NCBI GenBank assembly: GCA_030141605.1
Contig: JAQGDQ010002367.1
Span: 248,001 to 312,000 of the forward strand
Direction: 5' to 3'
Source of the DNA: Tubiluchus corallicola
Taxonomy: Eukaryota; Animalia; Priapulida
Length of the DNA stretch: 64,000 nt
In this document: positions 41,221 through 53,800 of the stretch, piece by piece
Numbering within the stretch: position 1 is the stretch's first letter
Layout of the letters: the number at the start of each line of letters is the position of its first letter
The notes under the pieces: generated by a model
What the model saw: only the letters and a program-made list of their open reading frames with translations
Databases searched by the model: none
Told to the model about the DNA's origin: nothing
Position numbers and translations under genes: made by a program

Positions 41221-42527
41221 CTCTCACAAAAAGTTGGTAATACCTTTACTGCAAATTAAGAATTAGCATCTTTATTAATACCATATATAAAGTTTATTAA
41301 CACCATGCATCAAAGTTCTTTATCACACTATGCGAACAGATAAGCTTATTTTGATGTCATAATTTTTCTCTTTGTATTGTGATGGTGCACGAAAAACAAT
41401 CATTTATACGCATCAAGGAAAATCGCTCATATTTTAAACGGTAGCTGTTTAATTTCGAAACTTATGTGATCGGTAAACGCAAGAGAACTAGGCAGTCTTT
41501 GCCAAGCCTTCAAAAACTAGTACTCAGGATGAGATCTGTCACGCTCAATGATCTAACCAAATCATAACACCGCCCAGTAGACGAATAATTATCTATATAA
41601 TTTAGCGGTCACGACTCTAGCTACCTGCAGTCGGTGGCCTCAGATCAAACAATTTTGCTTTATCGCAGCTCGGTCTGTCTACTTTGAACACACAAGCAAT
41701 TTACTTTCACACTGAGGGTTAGTGAAATTTGGTTACATGCATGACTTAACCAAGAACTGGAGTCAAGTCAGTAAGGAAATGAGTTTCCACATAACAGTAC
41801 TCGATGCAAATAGAATTAGAATTTATTTATTTCACACAGGTACGAATAGGTATAATTGTAAAGTTTTTTCATAACCTTTGGTATACAGAAAAGTCGGATT
41901 AACATACCTTAGGACTGAGTAGGTGTTATAATAAAATGTTAAGACATTTACAATTTTATATCCAACTTTTAACAGTGACCGTTTTCAAATGCAAAGTTAA
42001 CGATGCAAACGTTGAACTAAGGTTTATTAAATCAATTTCTAGTTTTTACACATTCCTGTGCTATAACAAAAATAATTTTATCAACAATTGTGAATTTTAC
42101 ACAATTACACGGATTATTTTTATTTTAACAGTAACATTACTCAATAAGAATAAGAAAAAAAATGCAGGAAACAACAACAAGAAAGTTATGCAAAGGATCA
42201 TTTGCTTGCGCTGCAAATGAACATTCTTCATATTTTAAATATATTAATTTCAGTGATACAGAGCGTTATGCATAAGATTCGAGGCTACAGCTTCGAGGAC
42301 GGCACATTAAACGAATGGTCTCGATCTAGCGTCGTCACGCTGATGGTTATTTTACGAATCGGGGCCACCAGAATGAACGCGGGGTGAAAAACATCCAGCA
42401 ATGGCCTTTTTTTTCGCAAAACTCATACTCCTTATTTCTAAAGAACGGGAATGTGTGCGCAGAACTGGGTGCTTATATTAAGCCCAATGGTTGAATACCT
42501 CGTTGAATGGTGGATGCAATATTGACC

Positions 42528-42705
42528 GCGCGTTCAGACATGAATCTCACAAATTCCTGCGCAAGTTCTCTCTGGAAGTAAAGTCGCTAACGTGAGCAAC
42601 TCTCGCTGAATTTGCAATAACTTGCGAGCAGAACTTGCAAAGCGGCACACTTGCGAGTTTACTCTCAAAGAGAATTTGCGCAAGAACTCTCTAGTCTGAA
42701 TGCGC
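42528..42705. mobile_element. Palindromic MITE (PIF/Harbinger-like)
   Basis: TIRs gcgcgttcagac and gtctgaatgcgc, plus internal inverted arms (tgcgcaagttctct..gtaaagtcgc versus gcgagtttac..agagaatttgcgca). Confidence 0.65.
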
Positions 42706-43564
42706 AATTTCACGGGAGTGCCACGGTTTCCCGCAATGACCGTTTTCCCAAGCCAAAGCGCACATAATGAACTTGCCCTATTATAGTGCGTATAATTGTG
42801 ATGAATACTAACAATTTTAATGCTGTGATTATTTCAAAAACTGTGATTATTTACTACTAACCTTGTTATTTTTATTTTTTGAGTTCATGCATGATAGACT
42901 AGATGTAATCTGCTATTATTGCTTTAACATGCTAATTTAGTGCTTCAATATTCTGTAATTATCCATCGTTATTACAGTTTAAATTTTTTTAATTAGTAAT
43001 TACTGGTAAAACTAAATATACTAACTGCAACTAATTCAACCCACTTCCTTTCAAAAACTAATGGATTTTGTCTCATAAAAGTTTGTGCCTATTAAAAAGC
43101 CTGCTGTTAAAAAAGGAGCAGATGAGTTAGTGACCATGGGTCTTTCGCTGTTCCTACTCAAATATTATTGAAATTCGCTACTACTATATATTGTTACGTG
43201 AAATAAATGTAGAAGAAAGAAAATTGAAAAATTTATTTTGTTAACGAAAGAAATAAATGCATCCAAACTTGATTAACACACTTCTGCAGATTCCGTGTCA
43301 CATCTTCATTTTTTTATTTCAGTCAAGAGGAGGAGTTTTTTATATCAGGTAGCACAAAAACAACTCAGCAAAGTTTTGATTGTGATATTATAAGGAAACA
43401 ACAAAATCACTGGAAACTTACCAAACTGACTTGCATATGCTACTGTATAAACACCAAAACGTTTAGGTCATTCCTTTAGATTTTTTCCAACATACAGCAA
43501 TTTTAAATCAAGTCAAAAAACATGCCAGAATAAATTTAGCATGTTCCACATTATTAGAATTTAC

Positions 43565-43770
43565 AACAAGTGCTCTAAGAGTCCATCATTTTCAATGCAA
43601 ACTAGATGAAGACGTTTCTTCTAACAGCTGACATGGTTTTTTCAATTCGTTAAAGGGTATTTGGTTGCATTACTGAACAGTTTTTGCCTTTAGCTCCACT
43701 GCATCCAGTGGTTTTCTGCGGACATCATACACTTCTCTTTAAGGGAATTCCACAGGAATAAGTCCCATTT
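43565..43770 (-). mobile_element. Tc1/mariner transposase C-terminal fossil
   Basis: Minus-strand, frameshifted DLFLWNSLKEK.YDVRRKPLDAVELKAK...CIENDGLLEHLL*, resembling DFFLWGYLK.KVY...CIE.NGGHFEHLL. Confidence 0.65.
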
Positions 43771-44833
43771 TTTTGACAACAGATGAAACATAGCAGTTTT
43801 TCAACTGATGATTAGCAGACTTTGTTCTGGCATTTAAATTTTTAACATGCAAAACCTTTTCTGTTATAACTGAAAGCTAATATGCTGTAATATGAAGCTG
43901 TGAAATTTCAACTGTGTGGGGCACTTGCATTCTTAAAACAAGGGCCAAGTGATTTACAAATATATATGACAACACCCAGAAGGGTTAATAAGTTTCATTA
44001 GCCAAGACCTTTTAAGCCATGCCACATAAAGTGATGGCATGCAACAGATTTAAAAAATATGTATGAACTGATATTTTGTGCAGCAGTATGTAACAGAGAG
44101 TTATCATAGAAAACAGAGGAACAGATATCTAATCCATATGATTTAACTCAACTGATTCACAACCAACTCCTTTTATTTGGTTGAAGTAAGTAATTTGCAC
44201 ATAAACTATATAATCATAACTTTCAATTACCAAGATACATTACTACATTCTTTGCATGAACCCATTCGATTTGGTGCCAGTACTGCGTAAACTTATATCT
44301 TAATGCACAAGCCCAAAAATTTCTATTACTTGCCAACATTATATAATAAATGCAACTTAAAACTGATACTAACAGCTTAATAATCATAAAATGATTTAGA
44401 GAGCAGCAGCACAGAATTGAGAACTTCAAGAATTCCTTGCATGTAATCCTACTGTTAGATATATCACAAAATCATTCTGGCTATAATAAAACAATAACCT
44501 TTGGTTATTATAACACATAATATGAAGTAATTCATTCATCATGTGACTTAATTAGAGTTATATTAAAACAGATAAAGTGCTTTCATAACATATAAGCATG
44601 ATGACCATGGCTAACAGTGGCAGCATAATTATGGTATCATCCTCCAACATCGATTATGATTGTGCCTACTTGAAAAAATTTGTTGCATTACAGCAATAAC
44701 ACAATACAGTTAATCTAGCATTATAATTGTGGTTAAAAGTGCAAAACACCAGACTGTCAATAGTAAATTATATGAAATAAAATAGAAAATGCTTGTTGTT
44801 TAATCACAGTGCATCACAGTAACTGTAGAATTC

Positions 44834-47800
44834 TTACTCGCTGTCGGAATCTTCCTCTTTCTTTGCACGTTTGGAAGGACGCTCAGATGTAGGTAATGCT
44901 CCTAGGAGGCCATGGGCCGTATTAAACAGATTAATAGGTGATGTGCCATCTGTGATGAGAGTAGACTTCAACCCCAAACCTTGTAGCAAACGAACCTGGA
45001 AGACAGCAGTGCAGTTATAATAATCTGTGTCCTAAGCCATAGCTACAAAAAAGCTTTCAGCATCAGAAGCTCAAGCATTTTTAGTCTTTAAGTTTTTAAG
45101 CAAGAGGATTTTGCTTTTATTACATGAAATATAATTATAACATTAACTTATATGAAAAAATTATTTGATCAACAATTTGGATCAGAAATCAACAATTTCA
45201 AAATGGAGAGCTACAATACAACTGGACTTGAGTTTGTAATAAGTTTTTATATATATCACAACTTCTTTTCTGATAAGTTATCACCAAACTATCTTTCAGA
45301 TCATACTTATTAGCGTGATAAACTCATAATTTAAAGTTTGAAAAAAATGAATAATTCAAATGAAGTAATATTAAATAAAGCAAAAAGGCAATCATTTAGT
45401 ACTCATACTACGTAAAAGATTGGAAATGTTCAGCAGCTTCAACACGTAGGTAACAACGAAAACATACCTGCATTTCTGGACCAGCAACGGCCATTGCACG
45501 AATCGTGTCTGCACCAATAGCTGAAACCATATCCTTAAACTTCTGAACATCAATTTCGGATAGCTCTCGGGCTTTGTCCACTTCAAGTTGATTCTGTTCA
45601 CGTAGATACTTGATCTCCGCCTCACGAGCTTGCTGAAGGCGAGTCAACTCAGACTCCTGAAAAAATAACAATATCATATTATGTGATTGCAAACATGAGT
45701 AAAGGGTCTGGATGTAAAGGCTTACATCTCACCAAATCCGCCACAGAACAGCAATTTGCATTTGAGATGTGAGGGTTCCATGCACTGAAATTCCATATAA
45801 TTAAATACATGAAAGAGCTAGCTTCTAGGAACCAACGTGCTGTTTATTGACAGCACATGATGGTTTTGGCAAACAATGCCATTATCAATGCTAAAAATTA
45901 AACCATTTACAACACTGCATTTACTAAGGCACAAAAAATCATTACAAAATCAAAAGAGTGGAATTTAAATAAAAATGTTCATGATATCAAAATAGCAGAG
46001 GCTTTGTATATTATGAAGTGCCACCCAATTTTTAACACCCCACTATCATCATTAGCACCACGCTGCGCTCTTTCTATATCTGTATTTTAAGCCAAAGTGG
46101 TTCTAGGTTCCATCGAGTCCCATAGAGGTCACTGTGACTTACTGAATGTATTTCTTTGAGAGAGTTGTAAGTATTGTGTACCTCCCATAGATGTGAAAAA
46201 TGTAATTGTGTACACTCTGTGTTTTTATTCTTCTAACTTTTATGACAGTTGTTTCTTCTCTCTATGTAAATTTTGCTTGCGCTAGACTAACTGTTTGCTG
46301 TGGTTATGACATTTTCCCAGAATCTCATGTAGAAGGTAATTTTTTTGCTTTTACAGCATTTCTCTCTGAAAGGTATATCTACTAATATACTGGTAACTTC
46401 AATTTCACCTTTTGATTTTGTAATGATTTTTGTGTTTTGGAAATTTCAGTATCATAAATGTACTATTATTTCCTTTGGCTTAATTTTCAGCGTTGATAAC
46501 GGAATTTTTTGCTGAAATAATTGTCTGCAGTCAACAAACATCATGTTGATTCCTAAAAAACTGACTCTTTCATTTATTAAATGATATTCAGCACCGCCAG
46601 TATTTTTGATACTACAAATTTCATAACATTTTTAAATCAAAATTATAATTAAATAGCTGGCATAGCACGGCAGATGAAATCACTTGGTGAATGTTTACTA
46701 GTGATCACCAGCCACCCAACCATTTTGTAACTAGGTCACTGGCATTTCCTAACTTCAGTCACTGTGCGCAAATCATGTCTATTTTAAAAATTCAGAGTAA
46801 GATGAAAAATAGAAAATAGGAGTTTTTACTTTTATGAAAAAGACAACAACTTACAGCATCAATAGCTGTGGCCTCAGCTTTTAGTTTAGCTTGTTGTACA
46901 GCAGCCTCTCCCTCAATCTTTGCTGCCTCAGCACGACTCTGGGCTTCAGCTTTTGCCTGTCCAGTGCTCTCTACTGCTGCACTGAGAGACTGTAGTTCCA
47001 ACAGTGACTTCCGAGCTTTCTCAGCATCTGCTTCATCCACTATCTTCTGCCTCTCCAACCTTCCTTTTGCTTCCTGTTCCAGTCTCTCTGCTTCATGCCT
47101 AAAAACACATTTGTCAATAAAGTTTGTTTTGTTCAATTAAAAATTCAAATTTAATACAGTTCTTCCAAATGTGCCATGCTTACATACTAGATGACTAATC
47201 AAATTTATCAAATATGTATGCTGTTTCTTTACATTTATTGTGCTTAGTAAAGGCAACATAGAAAGGGCTTTTCAAGGAAGTTGTTTGTTTTCTTACGTTT
47301 GCATAATTTGCTTCTTTAAACCCATATCTGCACTTGGCTCATTGTCTTAATGTTAATATGGATAACTATGACTGCAACCAACTGGCATCTTAACAAGTCC
47401 ACTTTGAAGACAGCATTAATATGAATTAAAGACAATGTTGCAGTTCTTTTAGTCAAGAAGAACAACAACAACAACAATAAAACTTGGTGTTCACAAACTG
47501 CTCAAAAAGCAGGCATTGAACTTTTCCACTTGTCTATAATCTTACTATATACAGTTCAAGCTGCAAGTGGCGCCGTGTAAAACTTAAACCCCAAGCTATG
47601 CAACAAATTCAGTAACTGATCTGTTATTAAGAAATTTTAGCCACTTCTGTGAATACGTATTATAAAAAAAAAGAAACCACAAATAGCAAACCTTGGTAAA
47701 AGTAAATTACAGCATTTCATGAATGAACTTGATAATTATTCGAAAAAAATCCACATAACCAAAACTAGCTCATAACACGAAACAATCTAAGCATCAACTG

Positions 47801-50800
47801 TTGTCACAACCTGCAATTGCTATAGAAAAAAATCAATTATGAACCTTGCAGCTGCCTCCTGAGAGTTGGTTGTAATTTCAATAGCAAGTTGTACAGATTT
47901 TTGTAGGGAATCACGAGTTCTCTGATCTACAGGTTCCACGGATTGAATGTCGATGCTTGTAATGACAAGACCATTCTGCTCAAACTTGAACAAGTTCCTT
48001 ACTTTCATGTGCTCATCCAATCCAAAAACTGAGCTGCGAATTATCTTAGCAGAGTTCTGGAAATGGCAAAATAATAAAAGATAATTTATGATGAACAAAT
48101 TTGGTTCAACAATCAAATACAAAAATCAGGCACAGCTCAATTTTGATTGAGCAAGTACTGCTTAATTGTGATTGTGCTCAAATTATTAAGAATTTTCCTT
48201 GAACTTCCTGAATTTAACATTAAATTTCACACTACAAGAAAATAAAACTAAATGAGCCCCAAATTTAATTTAAAAATTTTGTGTCAATTTCTTGACTACT
48301 TGCCTGCTTATTCATTACCTATTTGGCTTCTGTTAAATACATAATTAGTGCACAATGTTCTATACTGCAGGCTCTGCCTATTTGGCTTCTGTTAAATACA
48401 TAATTAGTGCACAATGTTCTATACTGCAGGCTCTGCCTATAATATAAACTGGTTGTATGTTTGTAAAAATTGGAACATCGCAGTCTTTGTTCATTGCGGT
48501 TTCCCTTAGGAATATCCAGTAATTCAGCTTCTGAGTCATCAGTTATGCAATCTGACAGGGCCGTTTTGCAAGTGATGAGAAAGTATTTTTGTCAACTGCT
48601 ATGTGTTACTTAAATTATCCTAGCATCAAATCAAGGGTACCAGTACACACAGATCACAGTGTAGCTCTATTTCTTTGAGACTGACAAAATTAACCTACTT
48701 GGTATACCAATTGGTGAGGTTACCCCCTATTAGAGTTGCGAGTTTTGGTAACTCAACAGTTCAAGATGTATCTCGTTTCGACACAAAAGTTAACTTGATG
48801 ACATGTGAAGGGTGTGTCATACCTAACTTAGCTCCGTCCAAATAAAGTGGTACTTAACCTAGTCCTATTGCTTCTTGCCTCAGTAATAAATATACAGATG
48901 CACTGGCACATAACTACTGTGTCCGTGAAAATATTGAGATTTCTACAGACTTACTTGTTGGCTCTGATTATTTATTCCAAAGTTTGAGTAGCGAGAAAGC
49001 TGACATTTTATCAGGTCTTTACATTTTTGCATTTAGGCTTGGTTGGATATTGACTGAACGTGTGCCAAAATTCGAAGTCACATCTTTGGTACCACAGCGC
49101 AGAATGGGTCTGCCATGTTTACAGTCTGGTTTTGTTAATGATAAGCTGGTTTCAGTGGAGATCTGCCATGTCCAGCACTGTAAGGAACTGTACTGGAACG
49201 AAGGTGGTATTTTGCTTTGCATTGGAAGTCTGGGTAATATTGTTTCATTTAATTCCAGGAGTTCTACTTTTCTCCCTCACAATTCATATTTAACTGAGCT
49301 AATCATTAATCATGGATATAGTATTAATTTTCGTGTTGGTTTGTTTTTAATATTGGTTTTGTGCTAAGTTTTGTCTAAGTGTCGAGTTTGTCAGAAAATC
49401 AAAGGCAGTCCATCTTCATTGCTTTATTTGTCGGACTTATCTGGGTTAAAAGTTCAGGCTTCTAGACATTTTCAGTTTATGGGCTTTGATATATTTCAGG
49501 CATTTAGTAATTGAATACACAAAGTTTACTTTGGTAAAAGTGCTGGTTTGTTTGTATGCATTTTTTATTATAACTGCAATACAATTAGATTTTGTTGTTA
49601 AAGTCTGTGCTTTATTACCACTGTGTTTTGCTAATCTGCAGGTTCTTAAGCTCATTACAAGCCTTGATTTCTCTGATGCAGTTTTTACCTTTGGCAAGCA
49701 GACTTCAGACCAACTTCTCGCTTTATGGAAAGGAAGCTGCTGTTGTCTAAATCATCCTTGGGAAGTAGAGAGAAAAAATTCTTGATTAGCCTTCGTGAAT
49801 ATATTCCTTCACTTGAAGATGCGTTTCTTGAATATAATCTTCTACGTTCTAACTGGTGTTTCGGCAGAATTGTTACTTTTCTGCCTAGTGCTGATGAATT
49901 GGTTCGTTCTGCAGTTGTCAAGTATGCAAATGGGACAGGTTAAATTGTCTCTACCTTTCAAAAAGTCTCTGTTTGATCACCGAATGTTGATGTTGTCAAT
50001 ATCAAGACTAGACGCTACTTGATCATTTTAACATCTATTTCAGCTACAGTAGCGATGGTGGCAATGGAACTGGCCACTTCGTTCTGGTAAAGCTGCGAGT
50101 AAATGTTAGTGTTTTTAATGTGACGTTGCAGAGAACTTGGTCTATGTGAAGGCTTTTGTTGAAATGTGGCAATTATACTCTTGTAGCCAATGAGACTCTG
50201 TTACTACTGCGCTTATGGTCTATGCATGGTTGTGAACTTTTTGTACATATGGTATATGGAAAATCCAAAAAAAAAAAAAATTTAAAAAGCTCAAAGTGTT
50301 GGAAGACAAGAAGTTAATTTTTAAATTGGTCTTGATGGTTTCAACTTGATGCTGGATTCAATTCAATTCAATAGATTTATTTTGCAATAAACATATACAT
50401 ATGCATTACAAGTGCATCGATAATCAGTTTTTGTTAATACAAAATTATGATACAATTCATGAATTCTGCGCTAGAGACCTAAGAAGCTAGCTTATGCTAG
50501 GCCACTAGAATTAGTTACAAGAAAAATTACAATATATTACTAATGGTTAGTGTGAGTTACAGTGGGGGTTAGTAGTATTAAATTTTCATAATTACGATGT
50601 AAACTGATGGTCAGTACAGAGAAATGATAAATGCTTTAACAGATTCGCTAAGCATTTGTGGAGGAGGCAACACTTGTTTAGACTATATGTAGGTGCGCAT
50701 TGCAGATATATATACGGGTGGGAACTAATAACTATATTATTATCCTAGAGGGAAAGTATTTGAAAATGAAAAACAACAACAAATCATGATTGAGTGATAA

Positions 50801-53800
50801 GTTATATATTTCAAGTAAGGGTAATTTATATACTTTTTTGAATATGGACAGCGAGTTGGGATTTTTTATAGCTGGAGCAATTGAATTCCATATAGAAGGG
50901 CCATTGTATTTAATAGAAAATTTCCTAATATTTGTGTTGCATTGTATGTAGTGATAGTTAAGTCTATATCGTGTATTGTAATTATGTATTTCAGCATTCA
51001 AAAACAAAAAATCTGTAAATAAGGGTGGCAATAATTTATGAGAGAATTTGTACATGAAAATGGCGGTTTGGAACTTATTAATGTCATAAATGTTTTAGAA
51101 AGTTTAGACTTTTAAATATTGGTGGTGTGTGGTCCGGATAACCGGCAAATGTTAAAGCTCGCACTATTTTCTTCTGAATCTTTCGATCTACTGGTGTATG
51201 TGCTTCACCAAGCAATGTTTGAATTATTAAGGTATGGTAAAAAAGAGAATTATATAATAATACAAGTACTGATTTAGGCAATATGTGTCTAACTCTGTAT
51301 ATAATACCTATGGTTTTAGAGATTTTGCTTTCGATAAATCTAAGATGGTCTTAGTACGTTTTACTTTAATTATTGGGACTTCATCAATTTTTACTGTAAG
51401 ATTACTAGGGATTCTTTTATTTTTATTTGCAAATACAATAAATTTAGTTTTTTTTAGTATTCAGTGACAATTTTTTAGCTTTAAACCAGGTGGAGAGGTG
51501 TACAAGTTCTTGGTTTATAGTATTAATCATTGATTCATAGTTTGAGTGACTATAGAATATGTTAGTATCATCGGCAAATAAAATGAAGTCTAGCAGAGTG
51601 GAGATCATTAATATAGAGAAGAAAAAGCAATGGACCTAAGATTGATCCTTGTGGGATCTATAATTGATTTGCTTCAAAGAAGAAAATGTGTTATCTATTA
51701 GTACAGATTATTTTCTGTTGTGTAAATAACTTGTAAACAACTGTAAAGGTAGACCTCTGACACCATAGTTGTTTAATTTATCTAAGCGTATTTTATAGTC
51801 AATAGTATCAAAGGTGTTAGATAGATCAATGAAAATACCAATTGTAAATTCATTGTTGTCAAATGCATTTGATATTAAATCAAGAAGTTCAAGTAGAGCC
51901 ATGTAAGTGGAGTGGTTTTGTCTAAAGCCCAGTTGTTTGCTATATAATATGTTGTTTTTTTATGAAATTTAATAGTCTATTATACATTAGTCTTTCAAGA
52001 ATTTTGGAAAAACAGGGAAGAATTAAAATGGGTCTATAATTTTGAAACTAGGACTTATCACCAGTTTTAAAAATTGGATTAACCTTAACTATTTTCAGAG
52101 AGTCTGGGACTATACCTGTTGAAAATGACTTGTTAAACATATTAAGTAGAGGTTCAGCAATACAGTGGATGGATTTTTTAAGGATAATGTGTGATGATGT
52201 AAACCCCTACCGGGCGCATCCCCCGGGTGGCGGATGGGGGACCCCTGGCTCACGAGCCAGGGTGCTCCGAATATTCAAATAAGGAGCTGTGGACCAAATC
52301 CTTCAGGATAGACCTAGCAAGTCACTGAAGTACTTTTTGCTCAAGTAACTCATGGCGAACACAACTGAAACAACGGACTGGTGGATGTGGAGGAGGAGAA
52401 GACGTATGAAGACAGAGACACCTGGAGAGACGTTATCAAGTGTTCGCCGGCTGACAGATGAAAATCTACCAGGAGGATGGTGAGAAGATGATGAGAAATG
52501 TGTGCTATATCATCATACCATATACTGCTTTTATTTTTTAAATTATTTGCCACATTTAGCAGCTCCGTTTTGTTAATTGAAAGCAACTGCATTGATTTCC
52601 TACATGCATTTGGTGGTGGGAAATTTGTCTGCTGGAGTTGATCCTACATTTACAAAATAGTTATTAAAGCCATCAGGTATTTCTTTTGATGTCATTGGGT
52701 TATGCTGTGATTTTTTTGAAATGTGACTGTGCTATTTGAGAAGTATCTCTTTTATTAATAGCTAAGTTTATAATTTTCCATGTTTTTTTCATGTTATTCA
52801 TATTACTTTTAATTGTATTGGCATAATAATCTTTTTCAGCTTTTCTTAGTATTGACGTTAAATTATTTCTATATGTTTCACAATGTTCAGATCAGTAGGG
52901 TTTTTTAATTTTAGCTTATCTAATTTATTTTTGTGTTTAATTGAGTGGATCAACTCGCTTGTTAGCCAAGGTTTATTTAACGTCCGTGGCCTTATTATTT
53001 TTGTGACCAGTGGAAAGCTATCATTGTAAATATTGCAGTAATTTTTAAAGAAGGATTGAAATGCTGAGTCCGGGTTCTGTATGCAAAAGATTTGGGACCA
53101 GATTTGCGATTTTGAAACTATTGGTTTTAAAGTGTCACTTTCAAGCTAGTTATTGAATAAATTGGAAAATGGTCAGATATGTCACTGTAGAGAATGCCCG
53201 AGTTTAGATTGTCATTTGACACACAGTTTGTAAATATATTATTGATTAAAGTTGCTGAGTAAGTAGTAATTCTTGTTGGTTTGGTGATTAAGAGATACAA
53301 TGAATGACTAAGTAGGCAACTGAGAAAAGATTCAGTTCGTTGTGGGAGTCAGAGTTAAGCGAATTTAAGTTGAAGTCGCCGCAGATAAAGATGTGTTTGT
53401 TTTCATCAATTATTTTAGAGAGAAGATTATCTAAACCATCAAAGAATACTCGGATACTGGCACCAGGAGGTCTGTATAACACTCCAACTAAGATATTTTT
53501 TGTATGTTCTTGGGCAATTTCAACAAACAGTGATTCACAGGTTTGTTCATCAAAACAGTCTTGGTTATTACGAAGTTTACTGTTTAAATCATCTTTTATA
53601 TACAGGGAAACCCCTACAGCTGTTCTCTGTTTGCATGTTTTTGAGTAGTGATTATAATGTTTCATTGAGAACGAATCTTTATTCTGATCATTAAGACAGA
53701 TTTCTGTAAAAGATAGAATCGAAAATTGACCATTCAGCGTGGAGAGTAAATCTGATATATGACAAAAATTTTTGGACATGCTTCAACAATTATGATTAAA

